49,301 nucleotides of DNA from Eubacteriales bacterium (lineage in GTDB: Bacteria > Bacillota > Clostridia > Oscillospirales > UBA644), in assembly GCA_045637625.1 (NCBI GenBank), contig JAZTZU010000062.1:1-49301 (forward strand), written 5' to 3'. Below, piece after piece: positions 1 through 8,838 of the stretch. Below the pieces are notes generated by a model, which saw only the letters and a program-made list of their open reading frames with translations, had not been told where the DNA came from and ran no database searches. Position numbers and translations under genes: made by a program. Positions within the stretch are counted from its first letter, which is position 1, and every line of letters starts with the position of its first letter.

Positions 1-15
1 AGCTTTAAGATGTCG

Positions 16-43
16 AAATCCACCGAGAATTTTCGGTGGATTT
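16..43 (+). terminator. Hairpin with interrupted T-run; probable intrinsic terminator of a gene ending upstream of the window
   Basis: Perfect 11-bp inverted repeat aaatccaccga (16-26) / tcggtggattt (33-43) with a 6-nt loop, followed by ccttaattt. Confidence 0.35.
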
Positions 44-176
44 CCTTAATTTAAGGGGCTTTTTAGTCGCGATTTAGCCCTCTACCGTACCCACGTACGC
101 CGACGAGTGCTAAATCCCGCCTTCTGCATCTAACTGAGCCAGCCCCTTTTTTTGTGTTGCTACAACAATTTCGAAC

Positions 177-668
177 CTATTTTCCCACATTAAAATCAAT
201 GGTTAACAATGTGTTTCTGGAAACAAGTTGAGTAAACTTTACCCCGGCCGAAGTCAACATTCTCTTTGAGGCTATTGTGCTGTCTGTTTCGGCATATTTA
301 TCTGACAAATAAATAATCTCTTTAATTCCGGATTGAATTATTGCCTTTGCGCATTCGTTACACGGAAACAGCGAAATGTAAATTTTCGCACCTGTCAAAT
401 TTTTACCGTGAGCGTTTAAAATGGCATTCAACTCTGCGTGAACTACAAACGGATATTTTGTTTCGGAATAGGCGCCTTCTCGCTCCCACGGAAATTCATC
501 ATCCGAGCAACCGCATGGAAAGCCATTGTATCCTGTAGAAAGTATATGATTTTCACTGTCGACAATACATGCTCCAACTTGTGTGCAAGGGTCTTTTGAC
601 CTCATTGATGCAAGTATTGCTACACCCATAAAATACTCGTCCCAAGTTATATAGTTTTGCCTTTTCAT
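177..668 (-). CDS. comEB: dCMP deaminase (ComEB/cytidine-deoxycytidylate deaminase family)
   Basis: Zinc-binding deaminase motifs HAELNAI and PCNECAKAI. ~163 aa from the MKRQNY start with an AAAGG ribosome-binding site. The longer ORF-track N-terminus is probably an artefact. Confidence 0.85.
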   Translation of the reverse strand: MKRQNYITWDEYFMGVAILASMRSKDPCTQVGACIVDSENHILSTGYNGFPCGCSDDEFPWEREGAYSETKYPFVVHAELNAILNAHGKNLTGAKIYISLFPCNECAKAIIQSGIKEIIYLSDKYAETDSTIASKRMLTSAGVKFTQLVSRNTLLTIDFNVGK

Positions 669-783
669 ACAAATACCGCCTTTTCTGAAGTTATTATAGC
701 ACAAATCCTTCGGATTGAATAAAAATATAGCAATTCTTTTGAAGTGCTATATTTGAGTTACCCCAACAATTTTGAACCTTTGT

Positions 784-1659
784 TTATATGAACAATCCTG
801 TAAATATCACACGTTGATTCAAAGTATCGAACACCTTAAATGAAATCAACTTAGTCCCCTTTGTTTCAATTTTTAATTCAGCATTTTCAGATGCGGATTT
901 CACTAAGCCCTCAATTTGTTCAAGCTGATCTTTGTTGTAGCAAAATTTAAGTTTCTTATTGTTTTTGCGAACAGCAATATCAGCAAGCGCGGAATATAAC
1001 TCATATGTCCACTTATGATTTTCCAAGGATGCCATTATTCCCACTTTGAGAGCACAGATAAGAAATAAAATGGCGAGAGCAATACAAACAAATCCAACAG
1101 ATAAGTAGCAAAACAAGAAAACATTCTGCGACATATTTGAAAAGACTATACCATTTTCATACAACAAAGGTATAGCAATAAGATTTGCAAGTCCCAGCAC
1201 CGCCATGATAAATGTCAAAGCACTGTAAACTGTATATCGAACGGGCTTCCTATTTCCCATTCTTTTTTCCGCTTCCGCAAGGGTTGTAACCATATCAAAT
1301 GCAGCTTTATTCCTACGTCCACGAAGCGTTCTGCTTCTTCCTAAATACTCGCTTGAGGTGCTGTCAGTAAAATAAATATCAGAATTGAACAGAATTCTCC
1401 TTATTTTTTGATACTTAGGATAATTGTGAATAACAAGAAACTCAAGAAATACATACACACCGGCAAGTACAAAGGCAATCATACCAAAAGAAGCAATCAG
1501 CAAGCGTTCGCTCGAACTATTTGTTGTCATTCCCCATATAGAAGCATATATACACAATGCCCCTATGGCTATAAACAGCAAGACAAAAAAGATCATATAA
1601 CCCAAAATATATGAAAAATATTCTTGTTTGATTTTTCCATGAAATATGTCTTTTTTCAA
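784..1659 (-). CDS. Hypothetical polytopic membrane protein
   Basis: 291-aa ORF with several hydrophobic helices and a basic loop (RSRTLRGRRNK). No recognisable catalytic motif. Confidence 0.6.
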   Translation of the reverse strand: MKKDIFHGKIKQEYFSYILGYMIFFVLLFIAIGALCIYASIWGMTTNSSSERLLIASFGMIAFVLAGVYVFLEFLVIHNYPKYQKIRRILFNSDIYFTDSTSSEYLGRSRTLRGRRNKAAFDMVTTLAEAEKRMGNRKPVRYTVYSALTFIMAVLGLANLIAIPLLYENGIVFSNMSQNVFLFCYLSVGFVCIALAILFLICALKVGIMASLENHKWTYELYSALADIAVRKNNKKLKFCYNKDQLEQIEGLVKSASENAELKIETKGTKLISFKVFDTLNQRVIFTGLFI

Positions 1660-2045
1660 AATCTCACCGCCTTTCTTTGTGTTTAATTATATCACAAAAA
1701 AAATATAATTTCAATATAATCTCAAAAAGTCGCAGGTTCGAGACCAAAAGGTTCAAGAAAAGGTGCAATGGTGAAAGGGTAGTGTTTTTTTACCCCTAAA
1801 AACACGAAAAGCCCTTTCCCGAAATCAAGGGTTTTTGTGTTAGGGGGCAAAATTGTTGCACCTATATGAGACAAATGCTCCGTTCCGTTTTCACGAAGCG
1901 CAACATCATTGATGCGAAGCATCACATCGTTTGCGGCTTGCCGCAACTTCATTTGCGCGAAGCGCAACCTCGTTCATTTGTGACGAAGGAATGAGAAATG
2001 ATGTTGACCTTCGGTCAAACGATGTTGTGCCTGACGGCACAAATG

Positions 2046-2074
2046 AAAAATCCAAGTCTTGCGACTTGGATTTT
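2046..2074 (-). terminator. Intrinsic terminator immediately after tRNA-Asn
   Basis: Stem tccaagtc (2051-2058) / gacttgga (2063-2070), loop ttgc, flanked by A5 and T5 runs (bidirectional geometry); abuts the tRNA 3' end. Confidence 0.6.
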
Positions 2075-2150
2075 TGGCTCCCCCTGTTGGACTTGAACCA
2101 ACGACTCCCTGATTAACAGTCAGGTGCTCTACCGACTGAGCTAAGGAGGA
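2075..2150 (-). tRNA. tRNA-Asn (anticodon GTT), CCA encoded
   Basis: Reverse complement TCCTCCTTAGCTCAGTCGGTAGAGCACCTGACTGTTAATCAGGGAGTCGTTGGTTCAAGTCCAACAGGGGGAGCCA folds as a cloverleaf. Anticodon loop is CTGTTAA and the T-loop is GGTTCAAGTCC. Confidence 0.9.
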
Positions 2151-2180
2151 ATATTCATTACTGTTTGTTTCAGCTTGAAT

Positions 2181-2209
2181 ATTATACCATACTTTTCTCG
2201 TTTTGTAAA
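2181..2209 (-). promoter_or_regulatory. Sigma-A-type promoter for tRNA-Asn (-35 TTTACA, 17-nt spacer, extended -10 TGGTATAAT)
   Basis: Minus-strand reading of 2181-2209. The -10 hexamer ends ~30 nt upstream of the tRNA 5' end. Confidence 0.5.
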
Positions 2210-2279
2210 GGGGTATCAGTAATATTTTACAAATAGTTTGCAATTTGGACTGTATGAGCTTCACTGAAGTGTTCTTGAT

Positions 2280-3464
2280 TTACAGTTGGCATCTGTAATA
2301 ACCGTCTATAAAATAAAGCGGTAAGTTTCGCTCATGGATTGAAAGGTTGATCTTGTTGAATGCATCTGATAATAGCTTAAAGGCTCTGTCGCAATTACTT
2401 CTGTTTGGAACAAGCTTTGTTATGATAGATATTTGCGCGCAGTCTTGAAGCATGAAAAATTCCGTTGAATCCGGTCGGTTTATTAAAACTGCATCCTTGT
2501 AACCAAGCTTTGTAAAAAGATCCGTAGGGCGAGCTTCAATTTCTCGGAAGGACGGCTGCGGAGAGTTGTAATTTTTGTATGATTCCATTCTTTCACGCAC
2601 GTGATCAATAATTCCCTCGGTATAATCGGCAACTGTGTTCATGAGAGAAAGATAATGTTTTTTCCAATCCTCATCAGTTTCAATATCATAGCACACAAGT
2701 ATTGATGCCTGCATTTGCTGTAAAGAGTAAAGCGCCCAATATTCAATCATTGGGTGAGATTTTTCGTATGCCTCTTCGCGTATTTCTTTGTATTTTTCTA
2801 ACCAGTAACTATCTCCGCTTGATTCATAAGCCAAAAGATAAAGCATCGGCAATCTCATATATTCGTGGTTGTCTAGCGTGTCTCCCCACATGATTGTCAC
2901 TAAAGTCGGATTTCCATCGTCATTCAACATATCATAATTGTTTGCAGGCGTAATGTTTTTTTCAGCTCGGCGGGCAATATTTACCGTTGCACGTGCAATT
3001 TGCCTTTTTTCTTCGACTGTACACAATGAGGATGTCAAATATCTGTGTAATCCAAATGCAAACATTGTGTATTGGTCTCGTGAAGAATCGGGATAATGAG
3101 TTTTTCCGTCCTTAATCGAAACACCTCGTGGTACAAAGCCTTCGCTTTTAGCCGAAAATGTGCAATTTAACATACCTTTTACGAGTTTCCTCGCAAACTC
3201 AGCGGCAATCTCATCCTGTTCTTGCTCGTATTTTAGCAAACACGCATCAAGCATCGTACCACCGTTTATCATTCCGTCCTCCATACCGGTCGAGTAACCG
3301 CAAGGGTTGGGGAAAACGGCTGATATTTCATCTGTAGTTGGAAACTCATTTTCTCTGCCTTTTATAATATGGTCGTAGATCAGATTCGTTTTTTCTGAAA
3401 ATAACTTGTCTTTGACGTACTCAAAAGCCTCGTCAATTTCAGGTTTCATTAAATCAAAGTTCAT
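2280..3464 (-). CDS. Hypothetical protein, ~395 aa, possibly an (alpha/alpha)-toroid hydrolase-like fold
   Basis: Long ORF. Start chosen at MNFDLMK (GGTG ribosome-binding site 5 nt upstream) so as not to overlap the upstream gene. No diagnostic motif recognised. Confidence 0.55.
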   Translation of the reverse strand: MNFDLMKPEIDEAFEYVKDKLFSEKTNLIYDHIIKGRENEFPTTDEISAVFPNPCGYSTGMEDGMINGGTMLDACLLKYEQEQDEIAAEFARKLVKGMLNCTFSAKSEGFVPRGVSIKDGKTHYPDSSRDQYTMFAFGLHRYLTSSLCTVEEKRQIARATVNIARRAEKNITPANNYDMLNDDGNPTLVTIMWGDTLDNHEYMRLPMLYLLAYESSGDSYWLEKYKEIREEAYEKSHPMIEYWALYSLQQMQASILVCYDIETDEDWKKHYLSLMNTVADYTEGIIDHVRERMESYKNYNSPQPSFREIEARPTDLFTKLGYKDAVLINRPDSTEFFMLQDCAQISIITKLVPNRSNCDRAFKLLSDAFNKINLSIHERNLPLYFIDGYYRCQL

Positions 3465-3466
3465 TA

Positions 3467-4468
3467 TTACACCAACTTGATTACTATATCGTCTCTGTTT
3501 TTTAAATAGAAGACGGCTCTCCATTTTATTGGGTACTCTTTGGAAAAATGCAGGGAAGACATTGCTTTTTCCACATTCTCGCTATTTTTTGATGAGGTTA
3601 TTATCGCTGTTGGACCGTCTGAACCACCGATAACACCGACAGAAATCGACTGTACGTCGTTTGGTTTTGTATTTTTTATCGGTTTTGGGCTATCACTGCA
3701 AATACAGTCAAGAATCCTGAAATCACCTCGATTGATCTCAGGCGATACTGTATATGTCATTTCTGTTAGTTCTGTCGGAAAATCGTATTCAGAGTTTGTA
3801 AAATGACAGTTCTTCAAGCTTTGATTTTCAATATTTCTTATCGTTATGGTGTATTCTTCTCGGGTTTTTGGATTGGATACCTTGACCTCGTCACCGATTT
3901 CTGCGTTTTCAAAATAACCTGCAGTTACAGATTCTTTTTCCTGTTCTATTTTAAGATCAAGGTTCTTGATTTTAGGTTTTGAGACTGTTGCCCATTTGTA
4001 ATCAAATCTGCGTACTGCCCAAGCCTTTGTTTTATCTAACCCGTAATGATTCAGAACTTCAAAAGCTTCATTTTCTTGCCTGATATTTTCCGGCAGGTCC
4101 GGTATCCAGGTGCAGCCTGAACCTCCTTGTCCTAAAAGATTTCGTCCGTTCAGTGTTAAAATTGTGTTTATATCGAATTTCAATGGGTTTTCATTTTCCA
4201 TTTCTTCATGTTGTTCCTGTGTAAGATCTGAGGCGTATTCATCGTTTATCAGGTCATATTTATGGATAAAATCCCAGACCTTGTTGTTGTCAACTTCAAT
4301 CAGCATGTCAAGAATTATGCCTTTTGAACATATGTATATTGAGGGTATATATACAGTTTCTTCTTCCCAAGAGGCTGTCCTGTTTATGCGGACTTCTTTT
4401 CCTCCGCGTTTGGGACTGTGGTTTTCAAAACCTCGGTCTCCGAAAGAAATATTCCATTGAGTTTCCAT
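3467..4468 (-). CDS. Hypothetical protein, ~334 aa
   Basis: ORF trimmed to the internal ATG (METQWN). The Arg/Cys-rich 69-aa N-terminal extension in the track starts at TTG and overlaps glnN. Confidence 0.5.
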   Translation of the reverse strand: METQWNISFGDRGFENHSPKRGGKEVRINRTASWEEETVYIPSIYICSKGIILDMLIEVDNNKVWDFIHKYDLINDEYASDLTQEQHEEMENENPLKFDINTILTLNGRNLLGQGGSGCTWIPDLPENIRQENEAFEVLNHYGLDKTKAWAVRRFDYKWATVSKPKIKNLDLKIEQEKESVTAGYFENAEIGDEVKVSNPKTREEYTITIRNIENQSLKNCHFTNSEYDFPTELTEMTYTVSPEINRGDFRILDCICSDSPKPIKNTKPNDVQSISVGVIGGSDGPTAIITSSKNSENVEKAMSSLHFSKEYPIKWRAVFYLKNRDDIVIKLV

Positions 4469-4530
4469 TTTCAAGTCTCCTTTATTTGGCGAAAACCCTA
4501 TCATAAAAGACAGGGTTTTCTTTAAAGCTA

Positions 4531-6639
4531 TTATACGTTGAAGAGCAGATCTGAATATGTAGGATAGGGGAGGAAATCTTTTGCAAGAAGAACCTCCGCA
4601 TCGTCGGCAGCTTTTCTGAGTTTTGCCATTGCGGGAACGATCTTTTCTTTGCAGTAGAACGCAGCTTTTTCGCAATCTGAGATGCTCTTGAGTCCTTCTA
4701 TAAGTTCTGCAAGCTCGTCGGTGCTTTCATAAATGTCATCTGCAAGACCTGCAAGTTTTGCAATTATTTTTGCTTCAGTTTTGCATGAAATCTTTTTATA
4801 ATTACTTTCAGGACATTCTCCGATAGATTTTTTAACCGAAACTGTTTCCGCAAGATGTTTCTGGTATGCTATTACTGAGGGGAGAATTTCCTGTTTTGCC
4901 ATTTCGATCATTGTGAGAGCTTCAACATTGAGAACTTTGCTGTAGTCTTCAAGCAGAATTTCACATCTTGAAAGAACTTCCTGCTTCGTGAATATCTTAT
5001 GACTTGTAAAGAGCTCTATATTTTTAGCATCTCTGTATCTGAGAATAGCTTCGGGTGTTGAACGGAGATTCAAAAGACCTCTTCTTTCAGCCTCTGAAAC
5101 CCATTCATCGGTGTAGTTGTTGCCGTTAAAGATAATTCTCTTGTGATTTTTAACAGTTTCTTTGATTATAGACATGATACCCGCTTTTATGTCTTCAACA
5201 TTTTCAAGCTCATCGGCGAATTTTTTGAATTCTTCGGCAACGATTGTGTTCAGCATGATATTGGGTTCTGCTATTGAAATATTGGAGCCAAGCATTCTGA
5301 ACTCGAACTTGTTTCCTGTATATGCAAACGGAGAGGTTCTGTTTCTGTCTGTGGAGTCTTTTGATATTACGGGCATACCGTGAACACCCAGCTCCATTTT
5401 CTGCTTCTTACGCTCATCGTAGGGGGTATCATTTTCGTAGCATTCAAGAATTTCAGTAAGTTCATCTCCAAGGAAGATTGAGACAATTGCAGGAGGAGCT
5501 TCGTGTGCCCCGAGACGGTGGTCATTACCTGCTGTTGCAACTGAAAGTCTGAGAAGATCCTGATATTCATCTACAGCCTTGATTACAGCGCAAAGAACAA
5601 GTAAAAACTGCGGATTTTCATTGGGGTGTTTGCCGGGATTCAAAAGGTTTTTACCTGTATTTGTGTTGATAGACCAGTTGTTGTGTTTACCGCTGCCGTT
5701 TACACCTTCAAATGGTTTTTCATGGAGAAGACATGCGAGTCCGTGATGTCCTGCAATTTTCTTCATCATTTCCATTGTCAGCTGGTTGTGGTCTGTTGCA
5801 AGATTTGCGTTTTCAAAAATGGGGGCAAGTTCATGCTGTGCAGGCGCAGCTTCGTTATGCTCTGTTTTTGCAGATATTCCAAGTTTCCAAAGCTCTTCGT
5901 CAAGCTCAGCCATGAAAGCGGAAACTCTCGGTTTGATAGTTCCGTAATAATGCGCTTCAAGTTCCTGACCTTTGGGAGGTTTAGCTCCGAAAAGTGTTCT
6001 TCCTGTAAATGTCAGGTCTTTTCTCTTTTTATAAAGTTCGCTGTCAACAAGGAAATATTCCTGTTCTGAACCAACGGACGGGTTTACTGCTGTTATGTCA
6101 GTATTTCCTATTATGTGCATCAGACGTACAGCCTGATCGTTGAGTGCTTCCATAGATCTGAGCAGTGGAGTTTTCTTGTCAAGGGATTCTCCTCCGTAAG
6201 AACAGAAAACCGTGGGGATACAGAGTGCTCTGTCTTTGATGAAAGCATATGATGTCGGGTCCCAAGCTGTATATCCTCTTGCCTCGAATGTTGCTCTGAG
6301 ACCTCCTGAAGGGAATGAGGATGCATCGGGTTCACCTTTTACAAGTTCTTTTCCTGAGAATTCCATTATAACAGAACCGTCGGAAATAGGTGAGATAAAG
6401 CTGTCGTGTTTCTCTGCTGTAACGCCTGTCATTGGCTGGAACCAATGAGTATAATGCGTTGCACCTTTAGATACCGCCCAGTCTTTCATTGCGTTTGCAA
6501 CAACGTTGGCTAATGAAAGATCCAGATCTTTGCCTTCGCTTATTGTCTTTTTGAGAGCTGTATATGTTTCTTTGGGAAGTCTCTGCTTCATTACTGAATC
6601 ATTAAATACAAGACTGCCGAAAATTTCTGATATTTCCAT
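4531..6639 (-). CDS. glnN: Glutamine synthetase type III (GlnN)
   Basis: ~700-aa GS characteristic of the Bacteroides/Clostridia type III enzyme; beta-grasp and catalytic-domain motifs (NGSGKH, EVAP..QxE) present. Confidence 0.9.
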   Translation of the reverse strand: MEISEIFGSLVFNDSVMKQRLPKETYTALKKTISEGKDLDLSLANVVANAMKDWAVSKGATHYTHWFQPMTGVTAEKHDSFISPISDGSVIMEFSGKELVKGEPDASSFPSGGLRATFEARGYTAWDPTSYAFIKDRALCIPTVFCSYGGESLDKKTPLLRSMEALNDQAVRLMHIIGNTDITAVNPSVGSEQEYFLVDSELYKKRKDLTFTGRTLFGAKPPKGQELEAHYYGTIKPRVSAFMAELDEELWKLGISAKTEHNEAAPAQHELAPIFENANLATDHNQLTMEMMKKIAGHHGLACLLHEKPFEGVNGSGKHNNWSINTNTGKNLLNPGKHPNENPQFLLVLCAVIKAVDEYQDLLRLSVATAGNDHRLGAHEAPPAIVSIFLGDELTEILECYENDTPYDERKKQKMELGVHGMPVISKDSTDRNRTSPFAYTGNKFEFRMLGSNISIAEPNIMLNTIVAEEFKKFADELENVEDIKAGIMSIIKETVKNHKRIIFNGNNYTDEWVSEAERRGLLNLRSTPEAILRYRDAKNIELFTSHKIFTKQEVLSRCEILLEDYSKVLNVEALTMIEMAKQEILPSVIAYQKHLAETVSVKKSIGECPESNYKKISCKTEAKIIAKLAGLADDIYESTDELAELIEGLKSISDCEKAAFYCKEKIVPAMAKLRKAADDAEVLLAKDFLPYPTYSDLLFNV

Positions 6640-6654
6640 TACTGTTTCCTCCGT

Positions 6655-8805
6655 TTATTTCTGATCTTCAAATACTGTAAGTCTGTGTAACGCTCTTGAA
6701 CATGCCACATATTGCATTCCTTTTTCATCGGGATGTCCGTCGAACATTTCAATGTCCGGAATAATTACGCCGTCAAATTCAAGACCTTTAGTCAGGTATA
6801 TTGGAATTATTACATTTTGTCCGCCTCTGACGGTTGTATCCTTGTCCACCTTGATAAGTGTCGGGATTTTATATTTTAATTCACTATAAAGAATTTCTGC
6901 GTGTGCCATATCTCTGCATATTATTGCATTTGAATCAAATCCCTCTGATTTGAGTTTTTCGATTTCTTTTGCAATATCTTCTATGAGATTTCCAGCCTTT
7001 TTGATTTCAGGTTCCTGTCCATGCCTGTCAAGATATTCAACATCCCCATCCGTCTGTTTGAATTTATTGAGGAAGTTGTTTATTTCTACAGTTGAGCGGT
7101 AACTTTTTCTGAGGTCAAATACCTTCTTTGTTTTTACAGTACCCTCAAAGATGTGTTCAATATCTTTAACTGAATTGAGGTGTGGTGTCATTGCTTGGTT
7201 TATATCTCCGAGAATTGTAAACTTTGCATTTTTACACAGTAAAGCCAAAACCCTGAAAAGTATTGGTGGGTAATCCTGTGCTTCATCAACTACCACATAA
7301 CTCAGTTTGTTTTGAACCGGTATTTGTCCTGACAGCAATTTTATATATGCGACACAAAGCATATCTTCAAAGAGGAGTTTTCCGCTTTCGTAGTTTGCTG
7401 CTGTCTTTTTGAATTCTTCCGCATTGAATTCTTTTAGGGCTGCAAGATACATTTTGTAAGCATTTACGGAAAGTCTTTCTCTGAGTTCCAGTTCCAGTCT
7501 CCGTGTTGCTTCTAACCAGAATTGTTTCTTTTCCAGATCGAGTTCTTCAGTTGAATATTCATTTGCATTTTGCAATGCTTTCAGCTTGAATTCCCGTTCA
7601 AAACTTGCCAGTATTAACAGCTTGATATTGTCATCGTTTTCTACATGTTCAAGCAGTTTGCTTGTTATTTTTCCAAGTCTGACTTCTGTTGTATAATTTT
7701 TATAAAGTTCTGTGAATTCATATTTCAATTCAGCTGCGGTCATAACAACTCTGTCTGCAAGTACTATATCCTTGAAATCCAACTGTCCCGAATGTTTGTT
7801 GAAATACATTTTAAGGAACTGTGCAAATTCTTCGGAACCTTTCATTTTCATGGATATAAGACGTTGGGGATCATTCATCAGGCTTTCGTTTTGCTCTACA
7901 ATGTCCTCATACTGTCGTTCATACAGGAAAGGCTTCAGGAATGAATGGAAATCCGTTTCAAGTACTTTCTTTTCGCCAAGGTTTGGCAAAACTTCACTGA
8001 TATAAGAAGAGAAGACCTCGTTTGGTGAGAAAATTACTATATTTTCCGAAGTTACGGATTTTCTGTATTTATAGAGCAGGTATGCGAGTCTGTGCAGCGC
8101 TACAGAGGTTTTTCCGCTGCCTGCGACACCCTGTACGAGCAAAAGATCCGCGGAGATGTCTCTTATGATTGCATTTTGTTCTTTTTGTATTGTAGTTATA
8201 ATTGTTTTGAGTTTAAGATCCGCAGTTTTACCCAATTCTTCTTTAAGAATACTGTCCTCGATTGCGATGTCGCTGTCAAACATATATTCCATTTTGCTGT
8301 CAACGATCTTGAACTGTCTTCTTAAAAGCAATTCTACATTGAATTTTCCGTCCTGGGAAGTATATGACGTTTTACCGAGAGGGGAGTCATAATACATTGA
8401 ACAAATATCGGCTCTCCAGTCACAGATAAGAACTTCCGAACCGTCAAGAAGAGAGAGATATCCGATATAGATAGTTTCTTCTTCATTGTAACCTTCTTCT
8501 ATAAAATCAAGACGTGCAAAGTATGGCGATATTACCATTTTTTTCATATTTTCAATTCGGCGTTGAAAATCGTAATATCTGTTTACGTCGGTCTCTTCTG
8601 TCATAGTTATCTGGGTAAGGTCTATCAGCTGATCGGATGAAAGTTCACCTCTTTTGAAGTCTTCCCACATACGGCTTCTTTCCTCACGGATATATCTGCC
8701 AAGCTCTGCGGATGATTCTTCATATTCTTTTGTGAGCTGTTTTATTCGTTTGATAACTTTATTCAAGTACCGTTTTTCTTTAAGAAAATCCTTGTTTTCG
8801 TCCAT
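6655..8805 (-). CDS. helD: UvrD/HelD-family DNA helicase (helicase IV-like RNA polymerase recycling factor)
   Basis: Walker A GVAGSGKTS, DEAQD box (VVVDEAQDY) and C-terminal YVACSRALHRL. The long N-terminal arm is typical of HelD. Confidence 0.8.
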   Translation of the reverse strand: MDENKDFLKEKRYLNKVIKRIKQLTKEYEESSAELGRYIREERSRMWEDFKRGELSSDQLIDLTQITMTEETDVNRYYDFQRRIENMKKMVISPYFARLDFIEEGYNEEETIYIGYLSLLDGSEVLICDWRADICSMYYDSPLGKTSYTSQDGKFNVELLLRRQFKIVDSKMEYMFDSDIAIEDSILKEELGKTADLKLKTIITTIQKEQNAIIRDISADLLLVQGVAGSGKTSVALHRLAYLLYKYRKSVTSENIVIFSPNEVFSSYISEVLPNLGEKKVLETDFHSFLKPFLYERQYEDIVEQNESLMNDPQRLISMKMKGSEEFAQFLKMYFNKHSGQLDFKDIVLADRVVMTAAELKYEFTELYKNYTTEVRLGKITSKLLEHVENDDNIKLLILASFEREFKLKALQNANEYSTEELDLEKKQFWLEATRRLELELRERLSVNAYKMYLAALKEFNAEEFKKTAANYESGKLLFEDMLCVAYIKLLSGQIPVQNKLSYVVVDEAQDYPPILFRVLALLCKNAKFTILGDINQAMTPHLNSVKDIEHIFEGTVKTKKVFDLRKSYRSTVEINNFLNKFKQTDGDVEYLDRHGQEPEIKKAGNLIEDIAKEIEKLKSEGFDSNAIICRDMAHAEILYSELKYKIPTLIKVDKDTTVRGGQNVIIPIYLTKGLEFDGVIIPDIEMFDGHPDEKGMQYVACSRALHRLTVFEDQK

Positions 8806-8838
8806 TTGCGGACCTCTTTCCGTGTTTTTAAATAAGTA

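Noticed and set aside
1722-2264. Three ORF-track ORFs (1722-1967 -, 1931-2116 +, 1974-2264 -) of 61-96 aa
   Set aside because: They overlap the tRNA-Asn gene, its terminator and promoter, and the hairpin-repeat region. Their translations are low-complexity with no ribosome-binding sites, so they are treated as non-coding.
4469-4675. Arg/Cys-rich 69-aa N-terminal extension of the 3467-4675 ORF (CRRCGGSSCKRF)
   Set aside because: It starts at TTG, overlaps the last 145 nt of glnN in another frame, and has a composition typical of frame overlap. The start was moved to the internal ATG at 4468.
5626-6069. 147-aa plus-strand ORF and several other 60-100-aa antisense ORFs inside glnN, helD, metG and the large genes
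   Set aside because: They are fully embedded antisense to well-supported long genes, with Cys/Phe-rich low-complexity translations and no ribosome-binding sites.
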